Assembly: GCA_963764725.1 (NCBI GenBank)
Contig: CAVXTM010000012.1
Coordinates: forward strand, 128,001-192,000
DNA: 64,000 bases
Direction of reading: 5' to 3'
Origin: an uncultured Gammaproteobacteria bacterium
GTDB lineage: Bacteria; Pseudomonadota; Gammaproteobacteria; JACCXJ01
Made by a program: the position numbers and the translations under genes. Every line of letters begins with the position of its first letter. The stretch's first letter is position 1. Below the pieces are notes generated by a model that worked only from the letters and a program-made list of their open reading frames with translations, was not told where the DNA came from and searched no databases. This document shows positions 10,295 through 19,953 of this stretch, one piece after another.

Positions 10295-11506
10295 GTGCGT
10301 AGCGACGTGCTCCCGATCCACAACGTTTCCGGCCCCGGATCACTTCCGCCTAGTCTCGAGGCCGCGGCCTACAGCGCGCGGCTGATCGAGGCGATACGCG
10401 AGGAATTGGCCGTATCCGGTGGGAGCATGAGCTTCGCGCGCTACATGGAGCTCGCGCTCTACGCCCCCGGTCTCGGGTACTACAGCGCGGGTAGCGTGAA
10501 ACTCGGTTCGAGCGGTGATTTCGTCACCGCCCCGGAGATCTCCCCACTGTTCGGGCGTTGCCTCGCGCGGCCGTGCCGCGAGGTCCTCGCGCGGCTCGGC
10601 GGCGGCGCCATCTGCGAGATCGGCGCGGGCACGGGCCGGCTCGCCGTCGAGATCCTGACCGAGCTCGAACGCCGGGGTAGCTTGCCGGAAGCTTACTTTA
10701 TTCTTGAGGTCAGCGCGGATTTGCGCGCGCGCCAACAGGAGTGGATAGAAAGCGCCGTGCCGCATTTGGCCTCAAGGGTCGCATGGCTAGAGCGGCCGCC
10801 CAGCGAGCCTTGGCGCGGGATCATGATCGCTAACGAGGTGCTCGACGCGCTGCCCGTGCACCGCTTTCGCATCGTCGGCGGGAATGCTTACGAACAACAC
10901 GTGGGGTGGCAGGGCGATAGCTTCACATGGGCCGAGGAGGTCTCCGCCGAACCGCGCCTCCGAGCACAGATCGAGGCGATCCAAAGCGCATTGGGCTCCC
11001 CGCTTCCGGAGGGCTATGTCTCCGAGATCAATCTTGCCTTACCGCCGTGGTTAGAGACAGTAACGGAATTTCTAACCCGCGGAATATGCCTCTGCATCGA
11101 TTATGGTTATACGCGCCGCGAGTACTACCTGCCCGAACGACGCGAGGGCACGCTGATCTGCCACCACCGCCATCGGGTCCACGCTGATCCGCTGATCCTC
11201 ACCGGACTCCAGGATATCAGTAGCTTTGTCGATTTCACGGCCCTAGCTGAATCCGCGGAAACTTGCGGGCTCGCGGTCTTGGGCTACGCTACCCAGGCCC
11301 ATTTCCTGATCGATAGCGGTCTCGAAGAAGCGCTTACGTCGCTGCAAGCAGCCGACCCGAAGAGATACTTGGAACATACCCAGGAGGCGAAACATCTCAC
11401 CCTGCCTGCGGCGATGGGAGAACGGTTCAAGGTGATGGCCGTAGGAAGGGCGTGGGATGGACCGCTTACAGGTTTCAAGACCTACGATCAGCGGTATCGT
11501 CTGTAG
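10295..11506 (+). CDS. SAM-dependent methyltransferase, MidA/NDUFAF7 family
   Basis: FARYMELALYAPGLGYY, GDFVTAPEISPLFG, EIGAGTG, ANEVLDALP, IDYG, GLQDISSFVDF, MGERFKV. Confidence 0.92.
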   Translation: MRSDVLPIHNVSGPGSLPPSLEAAAYSARLIEAIREELAVSGGSMSFARYMELALYAPGLGYYSAGSVKLGSSGDFVTAPEISPLFGRCLARPCREVLARLGGGAICEIGAGTGRLAVEILTELERRGSLPEAYFILEVSADLRARQQEWIESAVPHLASRVAWLERPPSEPWRGIMIANEVLDALPVHRFRIVGGNAYEQHVGWQGDSFTWAEEVSAEPRLRAQIEAIQSALGSPLPEGYVSEINLALPPWLETVTEFLTRGICLCIDYGYTRREYYLPERREGTLICHHRHRVHADPLILTGLQDISSFVDFTALAESAETCGLAVLGYATQAHFLIDSGLEEALTSLQAADPKRYLEHTQEAKHLTLPAAMGERFKVMAVGRAWDGPLTGFKTYDQRYRL

Positions 11507-11707
11507 AGCCAACGCCGCAAAGCTCACGGCATCAAGGAGAAAACGGATGATGTGGGTAAACAAAGCCACCGGTTCAAGATACACTGCTCGCCCGGCACAT
11601 AACCAATGAGTGAATGGATATGCCGAACAATATTTGCGGAAGGCAGGTGGCCAAGCGGCTTCGAAAGCGGCTTAGCCTGGCCAGAATGCCTTGTCTTTCC
11701 CCGACCC

Positions 11708-12856
11708 ATGAAACTTGAGTTTCCGAAGGACGCCGCCGACCTCGCCCAATCCCTCTCCGCCGTGATTCGTGTAGGCGATGACTTGTGGGTCGGGAGCGAC
11801 GAAGGCACCAAAGCGATGTGTTTGCGCCGTGACAAAGGCGACAGGAGCAAGCCGCCGTTTCGCAGAGTCGACGAGATCGATCTCGTGCAGGAGCTGGATC
11901 TGCCCGGCAAAACAGTGGACGAGAAGGGTGGGCTGCCCGAGGTGGATCTCGAAGGAATGGACTGGGATGCACAGGGCGGCTATCTTTGGATGGTCGGTTC
12001 GCACAGCCTGAAGCGAACAGCGGCGAAGTTTGCCACCAAGAAGGGCAGCCCGATCGATGACGCGGAGAACGTTGCGCGGCTCTCGGTGATTTCAACCGAC
12101 GGGAACCGTTTTCTGCTGGGGCGTCTTCCATTGAAGGTGGACGCAAAGGAGCGGTCCACGGTCGTCCAGCGGGGAGCCTATGCGCCGGATCATTTCGGTG
12201 CACGCCTGCCAGGCACGGAGCGCACCAGCGAGCTACTCGATGCATTGCACGCCGATCCGATTCTCAAGCAGTTTCTCATGGCGGGACGTGAACTGCCGGG
12301 GAAAGACAATGGCGTGGACATCGAGGGGCTCGCATGGGACGCTAAGGAGAAGCGGCTGATTGTGGGTTTGCGCGGCCCGGTATTGCGCGGGATGGCCATG
12401 CTGCTGGAGCTGAAGGTTACCGAAGAATTTGCGGGCGCTGATGGCGTCGGCCGTCTGCGGCTCCAGCGGATCGGGGCACATGGTGAGCCTTTCCGGCGGC
12501 ATTTCCTCGATCTGGATGGACTCTCTGTTCGCGATCTTTGTTTCCGCGGCAACGATTTGCTGGTGCTCGCCGGGCCAACGATGCCGATTGATTGGCCGGT
12601 GACAATCTACCGCTGGAAAGAGGCCCGCAACGGTATGGACGGGCGGCAACGTTTTGTCTGGCAGGAAGGCGGCGAGCTCGGCTTGTGGGTCCGGGTGGAA
12701 CTTAAGGATGCCGAGCGTAAACACGATCGCCCGGAAGCGCTCACGCTGTGGAAGAAGAACCAGGCGCTGGTGGTCTGCGACGCGCCTTCGGGGAAGCGCT
12801 TCGACAAGCCGGCGACGGTGGAGATCGACAAAGTCGTGCTCCCGAAAGCGACTTAA
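11708..12856 (+). CDS. DUF3616-like beta-propeller protein
   Basis: LWVGSDE, DLEGM, WMVGSHSLKR, PGKDNGVDIEGL, GLRGPVLRG, FLDLDGLSVRDL, LAGPTM. Confidence 0.75.
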   Translation: MKLEFPKDAADLAQSLSAVIRVGDDLWVGSDEGTKAMCLRRDKGDRSKPPFRRVDEIDLVQELDLPGKTVDEKGGLPEVDLEGMDWDAQGGYLWMVGSHSLKRTAAKFATKKGSPIDDAENVARLSVISTDGNRFLLGRLPLKVDAKERSTVVQRGAYAPDHFGARLPGTERTSELLDALHADPILKQFLMAGRELPGKDNGVDIEGLAWDAKEKRLIVGLRGPVLRGMAMLLELKVTEEFAGADGVGRLRLQRIGAHGEPFRRHFLDLDGLSVRDLCFRGNDLLVLAGPTMPIDWPVTIYRWKEARNGMDGRQRFVWQEGGELGLWVRVELKDAERKHDRPEALTLWKKNQALVVCDAPSGKRFDKPATVEIDKVVLPKAT

Positions 12857-12928
12857 CTGGCGAAATGAGCGCGGCGAAGCCAGCCATACCCGAAGGTTCT
12901 GCGCGTGTTTCCGGCGGGTGCGGCGGCG

Positions 12929-13435
12929 TCAACTAACGACCGGTTCGTCGGGCAGCTCGTTGTGGTTATCCGCGCCTTCGGGGAGCGGGAAGTGCTGAAC
13001 GAGCAAGGCTTGCACTGTGCCGATCGCCTCGTTGAGCCCGGCCTCGAAACGCCTGGCCTTGAAGGCCCAGGACATGTCGGCCACGAGCCTTTGCCAATGG
13101 CCTTTCGGCACGCGGTGCGCGAACCCGCGGTCGGCCACGATCTCGATCGCATGCTCGGCGAGGAGCAGGTAGATCAGCACGCCGTTGTTGTGTTCGGTGT
13201 CCCACACCCTCAACTTGCCGAACATCGCCACCGCACGCTCGCGCGCGGTGGCGTTGCGCCACAGGTACGACAGCGGCAGGCCTGCCTCGATGCACAAGCG
13301 GATCTCGCCGCTGTGGCCGCATTCACTGTCTCTCACGCGGGCATGCAAACGTTCGAGCGCGCCCTTGCCCAACGCGCGGCGCGCGTCGCTCTGATCGAGG
13401 AAACGATGCTTCAACAGCCGCAACCAGCGGGTCAT
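12929..13435 (-). CDS. TPM-domain protein (small partner)
   Basis: HSGEIRLCIE, RERAVAMFGKLRVWDTEHNNGVLIYLLLAEHAIEIVADRG, NELPDEP. Confidence 0.9.
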   Translation of the reverse strand: MTRWLRLLKHRFLDQSDARRALGKGALERLHARVRDSECGHSGEIRLCIEAGLPLSYLWRNATARERAVAMFGKLRVWDTEHNNGVLIYLLLAEHAIEIVADRGFAHRVPKGHWQRLVADMSWAFKARRFEAGLNEAIGTVQALLVQHFPLPEGADNHNELPDEPVVS

Positions 13436-13451
13436 GTGCGTTCCCGTGCTT

Positions 13452-14336
13452 TCACCAGTCGCCCGACGCGCCGCCGCCGCCGAAGTCGCCACCGCCACCC
13501 GACGGGTAGCCGCCGCCCCCGAAGCCGCCGCCTCCGTCACCACGGCCCCAGATGATCGGTCCGCCGCCCCCGCGTGACAGGCCGCGCCCGGCGCCGAAAC
13601 CGAACACGCCGACCAGCAACAGCGCGATCAGTCCCACCAAGCCGGCCAGCAGCAGACTCTCGCTGAACCACCAGCCAAAAGCCGACGCGGCGCCGCCGGT
13701 GGCGACCGCGCCGAGCTTGCGACCCAGCATGCCGGTCAGCACCGCGCCAAGAATCGGTACCGCGACGAAGAAGAAGATCACCATCTCGTCGAGCTGCAAG
13801 CCGGGCCGCGCCTTCGCTTGATTGTGTTGCGCGGGTGCAGTCAGGGCTTCGCCGCGGATGCGCGCGAAGAGCTGGTCGACCGCCTGGTTCAGGCCGCCGG
13901 CAAAGTCGCCGGCGCGGAACGCCGGCCTGATCGCGCTGTCGATGACCTGCTTGGCGACGATGTCCGGGATCGCGCCTTCGAGCGTCTTGGTCGGCGCGAT
14001 GCGCACGCGCCGATCGTCCTTCGCGACGACGATCAAAAGGCCGTCGCCGACGTCGCGGCGGCCGATCTTCCACGCGTCGCCGAGGCGCTGCGTGTAGTCG
14101 GTGATGTCTTCGGGCTTCGTGCTCGCGACGATCACGATCACGAGCTGCGAGCCGACCTCGCGCTCGAAGGTCGCGAGCTTGTCTTCGAACGCGCTGCGCT
14201 GCGCCTCGCTCAAGGTGCCGGTCTGGTCGATGACGCGCGCGGTGAGTTGCGGCACTGGCTGCTCCTGCGCGCGCAGCGGCGTCGCTAGCAGCGCGGCGAG
14301 CGCCAGCCAGCACGCGCGCCCGCAAAAGCGCATCAC
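13452..14336 (-). CDS. TPM-domain membrane protein (YgcG-like)
   Basis: Signal peptide, RVIDQTGTLS, WKIGRRDVGDG, LEGAIPD, TM segments, Gly-rich tail ending GGGGDFGGGGASGDW. Confidence 0.92.
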   Translation of the reverse strand: MMRFCGRACWLALAALLATPLRAQEQPVPQLTARVIDQTGTLSEAQRSAFEDKLATFEREVGSQLVIVIVASTKPEDITDYTQRLGDAWKIGRRDVGDGLLIVVAKDDRRVRIAPTKTLEGAIPDIVAKQVIDSAIRPAFRAGDFAGGLNQAVDQLFARIRGEALTAPAQHNQAKARPGLQLDEMVIFFFVAVPILGAVLTGMLGRKLGAVATGGAASAFGWWFSESLLLAGLVGLIALLLVGVFGFGAGRGLSRGGGGPIIWGRGDGGGGFGGGGYPSGGGGDFGGGGASGDW

Positions 14337-14941
14337 TTCGATGCGGGCCTGTCGAAGCTCACCTTGGGTGGCGTCGAGATCGCGGCCTCATCCAGCACGG
14401 TGAAGCTCGGCTTGACGTCGTAGTTGAACAGCATCGCGGTGAGATTGCTCGGGAAGCTGCGCGCGAGCACGTTGTATTCGGCCACCGTCTTGATGTAGCG
14501 ATTGCGCGCAACGGTGATGCGGTTCTCGGTGCCTTCAAGCTGCACGCGCAGGTCCTGGAATCCCTGGTTGGCTTTCAAGTTCGGGTATGCCTCGGCGACG
14601 GCGAGCAGCCGGCTCAACGCGCCGCTCAATTCGCCTTGCGCCCTCTGGAACTTGCCGAAGGCTTCAGGGTTGTTGATAAGCTCGGGTGCGGCCTGGATGG
14701 CGGTTGCCTTCGCGCGCGCCTCGACCACCTTGGTGAGCGTTTCCTGTTCGAAGCTGGCTTCGCCCTTCACCGTGTTGACGATGTTGGGGATCAGGTCGGC
14801 GCGTCGCTGGTATTGATTGAGCACTTCGGACCACGAAGCCTTGACCTGCTCGTCGAGCCGCTGGAAATCGTTGTATCCGCAACCGGTGAGGCCAAGCGTC
14901 ACCGCCAGCAGGAAGCACCAAGCTATGAATCTACGCTGCAT
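14333..14941 (-). CDS. lemA: LemA family protein
   Basis: GCGYN, WSEVLNQYQRRADLIPN, YPNLKANQGF, QLEGTENRITVARNRY. Confidence 0.95.
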   Translation of the reverse strand: MQRRFIAWCFLLAVTLGLTGCGYNDFQRLDEQVKASWSEVLNQYQRRADLIPNIVNTVKGEASFEQETLTKVVEARAKATAIQAAPELINNPEAFGKFQRAQGELSGALSRLLAVAEAYPNLKANQGFQDLRVQLEGTENRITVARNRYIKTVAEYNVLARSFPSNLTAMLFNYDVKPSFTVLDEAAISTPPKVSFDRPASK

Positions 14942-15056
14942 AGGGTAGCTTTCGTCGCGCGAATTCAGCCGTGCGAATGTACGACATCGCCGTGCTGTTT
15001 GCTACTGCATAAACAACCGCCCAAGTTCGCCGAAGATAGCTGGCGTGCCTCGGTGC

Positions 15057-15245
15057 TCACGCCTCATACTCTTGAGCCGCGTCGAGGCGCACGGTGCCGT
15101 CATCCCCGAAGGCGAGCGCAATGAGGTTAGGCCGGCAGCAGACCGCGCAGTCCTCAGTGAAGGTCTGGCAGCGTCCCCCGCTCGGGTCCACCAAAACGTC
15201 GTTGTCCTCGCCGCAGAACGCGCAACTGTACGTCACGATCGTCAT
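15057..15245 (-). CDS. CPXCG-motif cysteine-rich small protein
   Basis: YSCAFCGE...VDPSGG..Q.FTEDCAVCCRPN. Confidence 0.8.
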   Translation of the reverse strand: MTIVTYSCAFCGEDNDVLVDPSGGRCQTFTEDCAVCCRPNLIALAFGDDGTVRLDAAQEYEA

Positions 15246-15357
15246 TCTACACGCTATCATGTCCTGCAAGGAGGCAGGTGATGGCCCGGCTGAATCCGGG
15301 CCGCGCTATGGATAGGGCAGCAATCCGCGGGACAGCGGACACGTAACCGCAGAATGC

Positions 15358-16380
15358 TTATAGAAGCGGCGAGCTCGCCAAATCGTCTTTCGAGTACTGC
15401 AATTGTCCGCATCGTGCACTTAATTCGTCGAAAAAGTGACCTACGGTTTCAAGCTGTGCTTCGACCGTTTCCAGTGTGTTCATGCGAGCGCGGAAGGCGG
15501 CGCAGCCGGCCAAACCCTTGGTGTACCAGGAGATGTGCTTGCGCGCCACACGCACGCCGGTGAAGGTTCCGTAAAACGAATACAGATCATCGAGGTGGCC
15601 GAGCAGTACGCGATGGATTTCCTCAACCTGCGGCGGCGGCAGCTCTGTGCCGGTCTTAAGATAGTGCTCGATCTCGCGGAAAATCCATGGACGGCCCTGC
15701 GCCGCGCGGCCGATCATCACCGCATCGGCGCCGGTGTATTCGAGAACGTGTTTCGTTTTCTGCGGCGTGGCGATGTCGCCGTTGGCGATCACGGGAATTT
15801 TCACCGATTGCTTAACCGCCCTGATGGTGTCGTACTCGGCCTCGCCCATGTACATGCAGGTGCGCGTGCGACCATGGATTGCGAGTGACCGAATGCCCGA
15901 TTGCTCAGCAATCCTGGCGACAGTGAGCGCATTCTTATTGTCCTTGTTCCAGCCGGTACGGATCTTCAAGGTGACGGGAACACTCACCGCTTTGACAACG
16001 GCATCGAGAATGCGCGCCACCAGCGCTTCGTTCTGCAGTAGTGCAGAACCGGCGTAGACATTGCAGATTTTCTTGGCCGGGCATCCCATGTTGATATCGA
16101 TGATCTGAGCGCCGCTGTCGACGTTGTACCGCGCGGCTTCGGCAAGCATGCCCGGATCGGCGCCGGCGATCTGGATCACCTTGGGCTCGACCTCGCCTTC
16201 ATGGTTACCGCGGCGGATGGTTTTCTCCGATCCCCATAACAGGGAATTAGACGCGACCATCTCCGAGACCGCCATACCGGCACCCATCAGTTTGCAGAGC
16301 TGACGGAAAGGCCGATCGGTCACGCCCGCCATGGGCGCAACGATCAGATTGCTCTTAAGGCGGATGGAACCGATCTGCAT
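15358..16380 (-). CDS. dusB: tRNA-dihydrouridine synthase B
   Basis: APMAGVTDRPFR, IDINMGCPAKK, HGRTR, ANGDI, MIGRAAQGRPWIF, ARKHISWY. Confidence 0.95.
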   Translation of the reverse strand: MQIGSIRLKSNLIVAPMAGVTDRPFRQLCKLMGAGMAVSEMVASNSLLWGSEKTIRRGNHEGEVEPKVIQIAGADPGMLAEAARYNVDSGAQIIDINMGCPAKKICNVYAGSALLQNEALVARILDAVVKAVSVPVTLKIRTGWNKDNKNALTVARIAEQSGIRSLAIHGRTRTCMYMGEAEYDTIRAVKQSVKIPVIANGDIATPQKTKHVLEYTGADAVMIGRAAQGRPWIFREIEHYLKTGTELPPPQVEEIHRVLLGHLDDLYSFYGTFTGVRVARKHISWYTKGLAGCAAFRARMNTLETVEAQLETVGHFFDELSARCGQLQYSKDDLASSPLL

Positions 16381-16434
16381 GGGGTCAAGAAACCCTCCCG
16401 GTAAACAACGTGCGTAGAATGCTCTTGCTCACCA

Positions 16435-17049
16435 TCAATGCGCGCCGGCTTCGTTTCCCCAGATCTCTTGCAGCCGCGCCTCTCGCCCGCAAGCGTAGCG
16501 ATAGTAGCGGTAGCGCAGGGGATTCTTCTTGTAATAGTCCTGGTGATAGTCCTCGGCCGGATAAAAGATCCCGGCGGTGACGATCTGGGTCTGGATCGGG
16601 TTCTTTATTCTTCCGGACTTTTCGATCTCTGCCTTGCTCGCATCGGCCAATTTCTTCTGTGTCTCGTCATGCGTGAAGATCGCGGTACGGTACTGTGGTC
16701 CTTCGTCACAGAACTGGCGGTCCTTGACCGTAGGATCGACGCTACGCCAGTACACGTAAAGCAGCCTCTGGTAACTGACTCTGGCGGGATCGAAAACGAT
16801 CTCCACGGCTTCGGCATGACCGGTGGCGCCGGAGGAGACTTCCTCGTATGTGGGGTCGGGTTTGCTACCACCTATGTAGCCGGAAACGGCCGCGATCACC
16901 CCGGGCACTTTCTCGAAGTCCGATTCGGTGCACCAGAAGCAACCGCCGGCAAACGTGGCCGTGGCCGTGGCTGCCGAACCGGCGCCGGAGAAGCCGGCAC
17001 ACATCGCCACCACGACCGCAGCGGCGGCACGCTTGATTGGCGGGTTCAT
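16435..17049 (-). CDS. msrA: Peptide-methionine (S)-S-oxide reductase, exported
   Basis: FAGGCFWC, GHAEAV, QYRTAIF, FYPAEDYHQDYY; N-terminal signal peptide. Confidence 0.96.
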   Translation of the reverse strand: MNPPIKRAAAAVVVAMCAGFSGAGSAATATATFAGGCFWCTESDFEKVPGVIAAVSGYIGGSKPDPTYEEVSSGATGHAEAVEIVFDPARVSYQRLLYVYWRSVDPTVKDRQFCDEGPQYRTAIFTHDETQKKLADASKAEIEKSGRIKNPIQTQIVTAGIFYPAEDYHQDYYKKNPLRYRYYRYACGREARLQEIWGNEAGAH

Positions 17050-17197
17050 ATCAGAGTTTGTGAAAAAACCTACTGCGCTCGGGATCTCGCGTTCCAGCGG
17101 TGCTCGGAATCCTCATGTAATTCAACATACACTCCGGTTCCTGCGCTCCGGCGGAACTCGACCTCCCCTCGCTCGCGACGGTTCTTTCACAAAACTC

Positions 17198-17716
17198 TCA
17201 GGTGCGGAGCTCAGGCAACGGCTCGCCTGCCGCCACGAAGCGCAGCGCCACACCGTTGTTGCAATAGCGCAGACCGGTAGGCGCGGGGCCGTCGTCGAAC
17301 ACATGACCCTGGTGGCCCTCACAGCGGGCGCAGTGGTACTCGGTGCGCGGCCAGATCAGCTTGTAATCGATCCGCGTGGCGACGCGGCCCGGCAGTATAT
17401 CGAAGAAGCTGGGCCAGCCGGTGCCGCTCTCGAACTTGTGCCTGGCGTCGAACAGCGGCAGGTAACAGGCGGCGCAAAGGAACAGGCCCGGACGCTTCTC
17501 GCCGTTGAGCAGGCTGGTGCCGGGTCGCTCTGTGTCTTCCTCGAACAGCACCTGGTATTCCTCGCGGCTGAGGAGTTTTTTCCACTCGTCTTTGGATTTC
17601 ATTAGCTTGCTGACTTTAGGTGGGGACTCGGCGGCAGCGGCCTGCACGGAAGCTATGCCCAATCCCAACGTAGCGCCGACAGCGGCGAGGGTGCGCATAA
17701 AGTTTCGTCTGTTCAT
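17198..17716 (-). CDS. msrB: Peptide-methionine (R)-S-oxide reductase, Tat signal
   Basis: NRRNF Tat motif; KFESGTGWPSF, GHQGHVFDDGPAPTGLRYCNN. Confidence 0.96.
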   Translation of the reverse strand: MNRRNFMRTLAAVGATLGLGIASVQAAAAESPPKVSKLMKSKDEWKKLLSREEYQVLFEEDTERPGTSLLNGEKRPGLFLCAACYLPLFDARHKFESGTGWPSFFDILPGRVATRIDYKLIWPRTEYHCARCEGHQGHVFDDGPAPTGLRYCNNGVALRFVAAGEPLPELRT

Positions 17717-17963
17717 GAGCTAACGTTTTTGTTGAAGCTGCCGTTATGGACGCTCGCGCAGGGCCTTTAGTTCCCCCACAATTCATACTATTTAGAGGTC
17801 CTTTACGAAGTATGATACGTCCTTTTTCATAAGCCTCTACTCCGCCGTAAATCGTCGATGTTCGCCTTTGCTCATTCGCTTCGCTCCATCTGCAGACACG
17901 CCGTAGTAGATCGAAGTCTCTCGCTAGCTTTTTGTCCGGGAGGTCGATGAAGCTACACACCCA

Positions 17964-18653
17964 TTAACAACCTTGCCCAACTGTTTGGTGGCCCAAATGA
18001 GGTCTCTTATCGAACTTAAACTCGCTATAATCACCCTTCTTTTTGACATAGTGTAGAAACACCTGGACCTGGCGCTCACCCTCGAAAACCTCTCTCCAAT
18101 GGGGCATCTCAATTCCTTTGTAGATAAGAGCGTCACCTTGTTCAAGCTCGACTCTGGTTACATTGTTGCCGGTCTCGATACAGATCGGCCAAATACCTGG
18201 GCAATCGTAACTGATAGGCAAAGTTACGCTAACCTCACACGAGGGCCTGTCCACGTGCTTGGCAAGCACCGCGCCTTTAACATAGATGCGCAAATAAGAG
18301 TAGGTTGGGTACAACTCGCAATTGATCGTTCTCGATAAAACTGGGGTCATGATATCCAGCAAAGTCTCTGTGATAGCACACCCAGCGGCGGAGAAGGCCT
18401 TTTTGACCTGTCCATCATCGTAATGAAGAGACGAGCTCGCTTCCAACACTTTTACGTTCTCGGATATGTAGGCGCACATAAGTCGAGGTATCCACTGTTT
18501 GAATATTACATATCCGTCTCGTTCAAAGATCTGATCACATCCGATCGCGTTTACCACTGGATTATTTTTACTTTGATCCGCGTAGGCTTGCGAATCGGAA
18601 CGTGTGTTATTCATCTCATCCCCAAGAGTCTTATCGTTCCCGATGGGTGACAT
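17964..18653 (-). CDS. Fe(II)/2-oxoglutarate-dependent oxygenase
   Basis: LYPTYSYLRIY, KHVDRPSCEVSVTL (HxD), GDALIYKG, HWRE, QVFLHYV. Confidence 0.75.
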   Translation of the reverse strand: MSPIGNDKTLGDEMNNTRSDSQAYADQSKNNPVVNAIGCDQIFERDGYVIFKQWIPRLMCAYISENVKVLEASSSLHYDDGQVKKAFSAAGCAITETLLDIMTPVLSRTINCELYPTYSYLRIYVKGAVLAKHVDRPSCEVSVTLPISYDCPGIWPICIETGNNVTRVELEQGDALIYKGIEMPHWREVFEGERQVQVFLHYVKKKGDYSEFKFDKRPHLGHQTVGQGC

Positions 18654-18660
18654 TCAAGAT

Positions 18661-19590
18661 TTAAAGACTTTCCAGATCTGTGCGACGAATCTTCCAGCAG
18701 CCATCGTCAACGACTCTTACTTTTTGCTCCTGTACAAGTCGTTCCAGGTACTCTGGCGATAAACCCGAATACTCGGCTGCCTCTTCGAGTGTGAGGTACA
18801 TCTTTTGAAACGGTCGCGGCCGCGGCATACCTAGCGCTTTTACTGCGTCTATCAGCCACTCCATGCCAGGGGAAGTCTCTTCGTTGTCAGGGGGATTATC
18901 TTCGCTGCTTGCAGTTGCTGCTCTAATAAGCCACCCATTGACAGTGAAACGACTATTCACAAATTTGCGTGTGGGACACCGTACCGGCATAACCTCGTGG
19001 TCGTATGAACTGGGAAAGAACAGGAGGGTGTTCTGTCTCGGCATAATTGTCCTAATACGTCTCTTTGCGGAATTCTCCACTTCGCTATCCTCCGAATTAT
19101 GGATTCTGAGTTGGCCCCCGCTAAAAGCCTTGGGTTCAGAATAGAAATAGTGAACATATGAAAGTTCCCGCAGAGGAATATCTAACGGTTCCACAGCACT
19201 GTTGTCACGGTGCACCTTAAAAAAATCACCGTGATTGCTTGCAGTGATCTGAGTATCTATATGCGATATGGGGAATGGTTCTCGCCTGAAAACTCTAAGG
19301 ACGTCAGGAAGAATCTCACGTATGCGATCTTGAATTAGCGTCCCGTATTGTCCGAGATCATACAAGACGCGGGACTTTCGATAGGAAGTGTCGGTTGATG
19401 CTTCCGGCACACCGTCTGGTATTACAGTGCTCGGCGTGAAACCCGTTTCGTGCGTCAACACATACTTCGTTAATCCCCGCAATTCCCTCTGCGTGAGGAA
19501 GTCTCTCTTAACAAACACCTCCAGCGGCTTATTTCCTCCCCTCTCGGAATTTCGCGGTTCAGAGGCTCTGTTTGCAAACCGTCGCGTCAT
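18661..19590 (-). CDS. Prolyl-4-hydroxylase-like 2OG-Fe(II) oxygenase with C-terminal excisionase-type HTH
   Basis: QITASNHGDFFKVHRD, FSGGQLR, FFPS..DHEVMPV, RFTVNGW; tail YLTLEEAAEYSGLSPEYLERLV...WKIRRTDLE. Confidence 0.8.
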   Translation of the reverse strand: MTRRFANRASEPRNSERGGNKPLEVFVKRDFLTQRELRGLTKYVLTHETGFTPSTVIPDGVPEASTDTSYRKSRVLYDLGQYGTLIQDRIREILPDVLRVFRREPFPISHIDTQITASNHGDFFKVHRDNSAVEPLDIPLRELSYVHYFYSEPKAFSGGQLRIHNSEDSEVENSAKRRIRTIMPRQNTLLFFPSSYDHEVMPVRCPTRKFVNSRFTVNGWLIRAATASSEDNPPDNEETSPGMEWLIDAVKALGMPRPRPFQKMYLTLEEAAEYSGLSPEYLERLVQEQKVRVVDDGCWKIRRTDLESL

Positions 19591-19805
19591 AGACGTGGGG
19601 ATCCGTTCCAGCTTAAGGATCGAAGCATATGGGAACTGTTTTTATCTCTCACAGTCATTTTAAGTCAATAACTCAGCCACAGAAAAGCGATTGTCTTTTT
19701 GGTCATTCCCGGGCATTTACAAATTTTATGACTTTCGGGTAAATGGTGATTCCTTCGGCCCGCTATATGAGAGGATGCATGACCAACATTAGGTGCCCCG
19801 ATCAA

Positions 19806-19918
19806 GTCAATATAGCTTTCGCCACGGGGTATGCAACCCCGTGGGGCGACCAAAGGCGAGAGCTGCGCCTCTCCCCTTTGGAAACCCCATCGCTAAGGTT
19901 CCCGCGGCGCGGGGAATA
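19806..19918 (+). repeat. Dispersed three-hairpin repeat, copy C
   Basis: gtcaatatagctttcgccacggggtatgcaaccccgtggggcgaccaaaggcgagagctgcgcctctcccctttggaaaccccatcgctaaggttcccgcggcgcggggaata. Confidence 0.85.
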
Positions 19919-19953
19919 GATTTCAATCTGAGATCAGAAAATGAGATGCTCCG

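Noticed and set aside
16435-17716. Exported msrA/msrB pair as a novelty
   Set aside because: Periplasmic Msr enzymes are well known.
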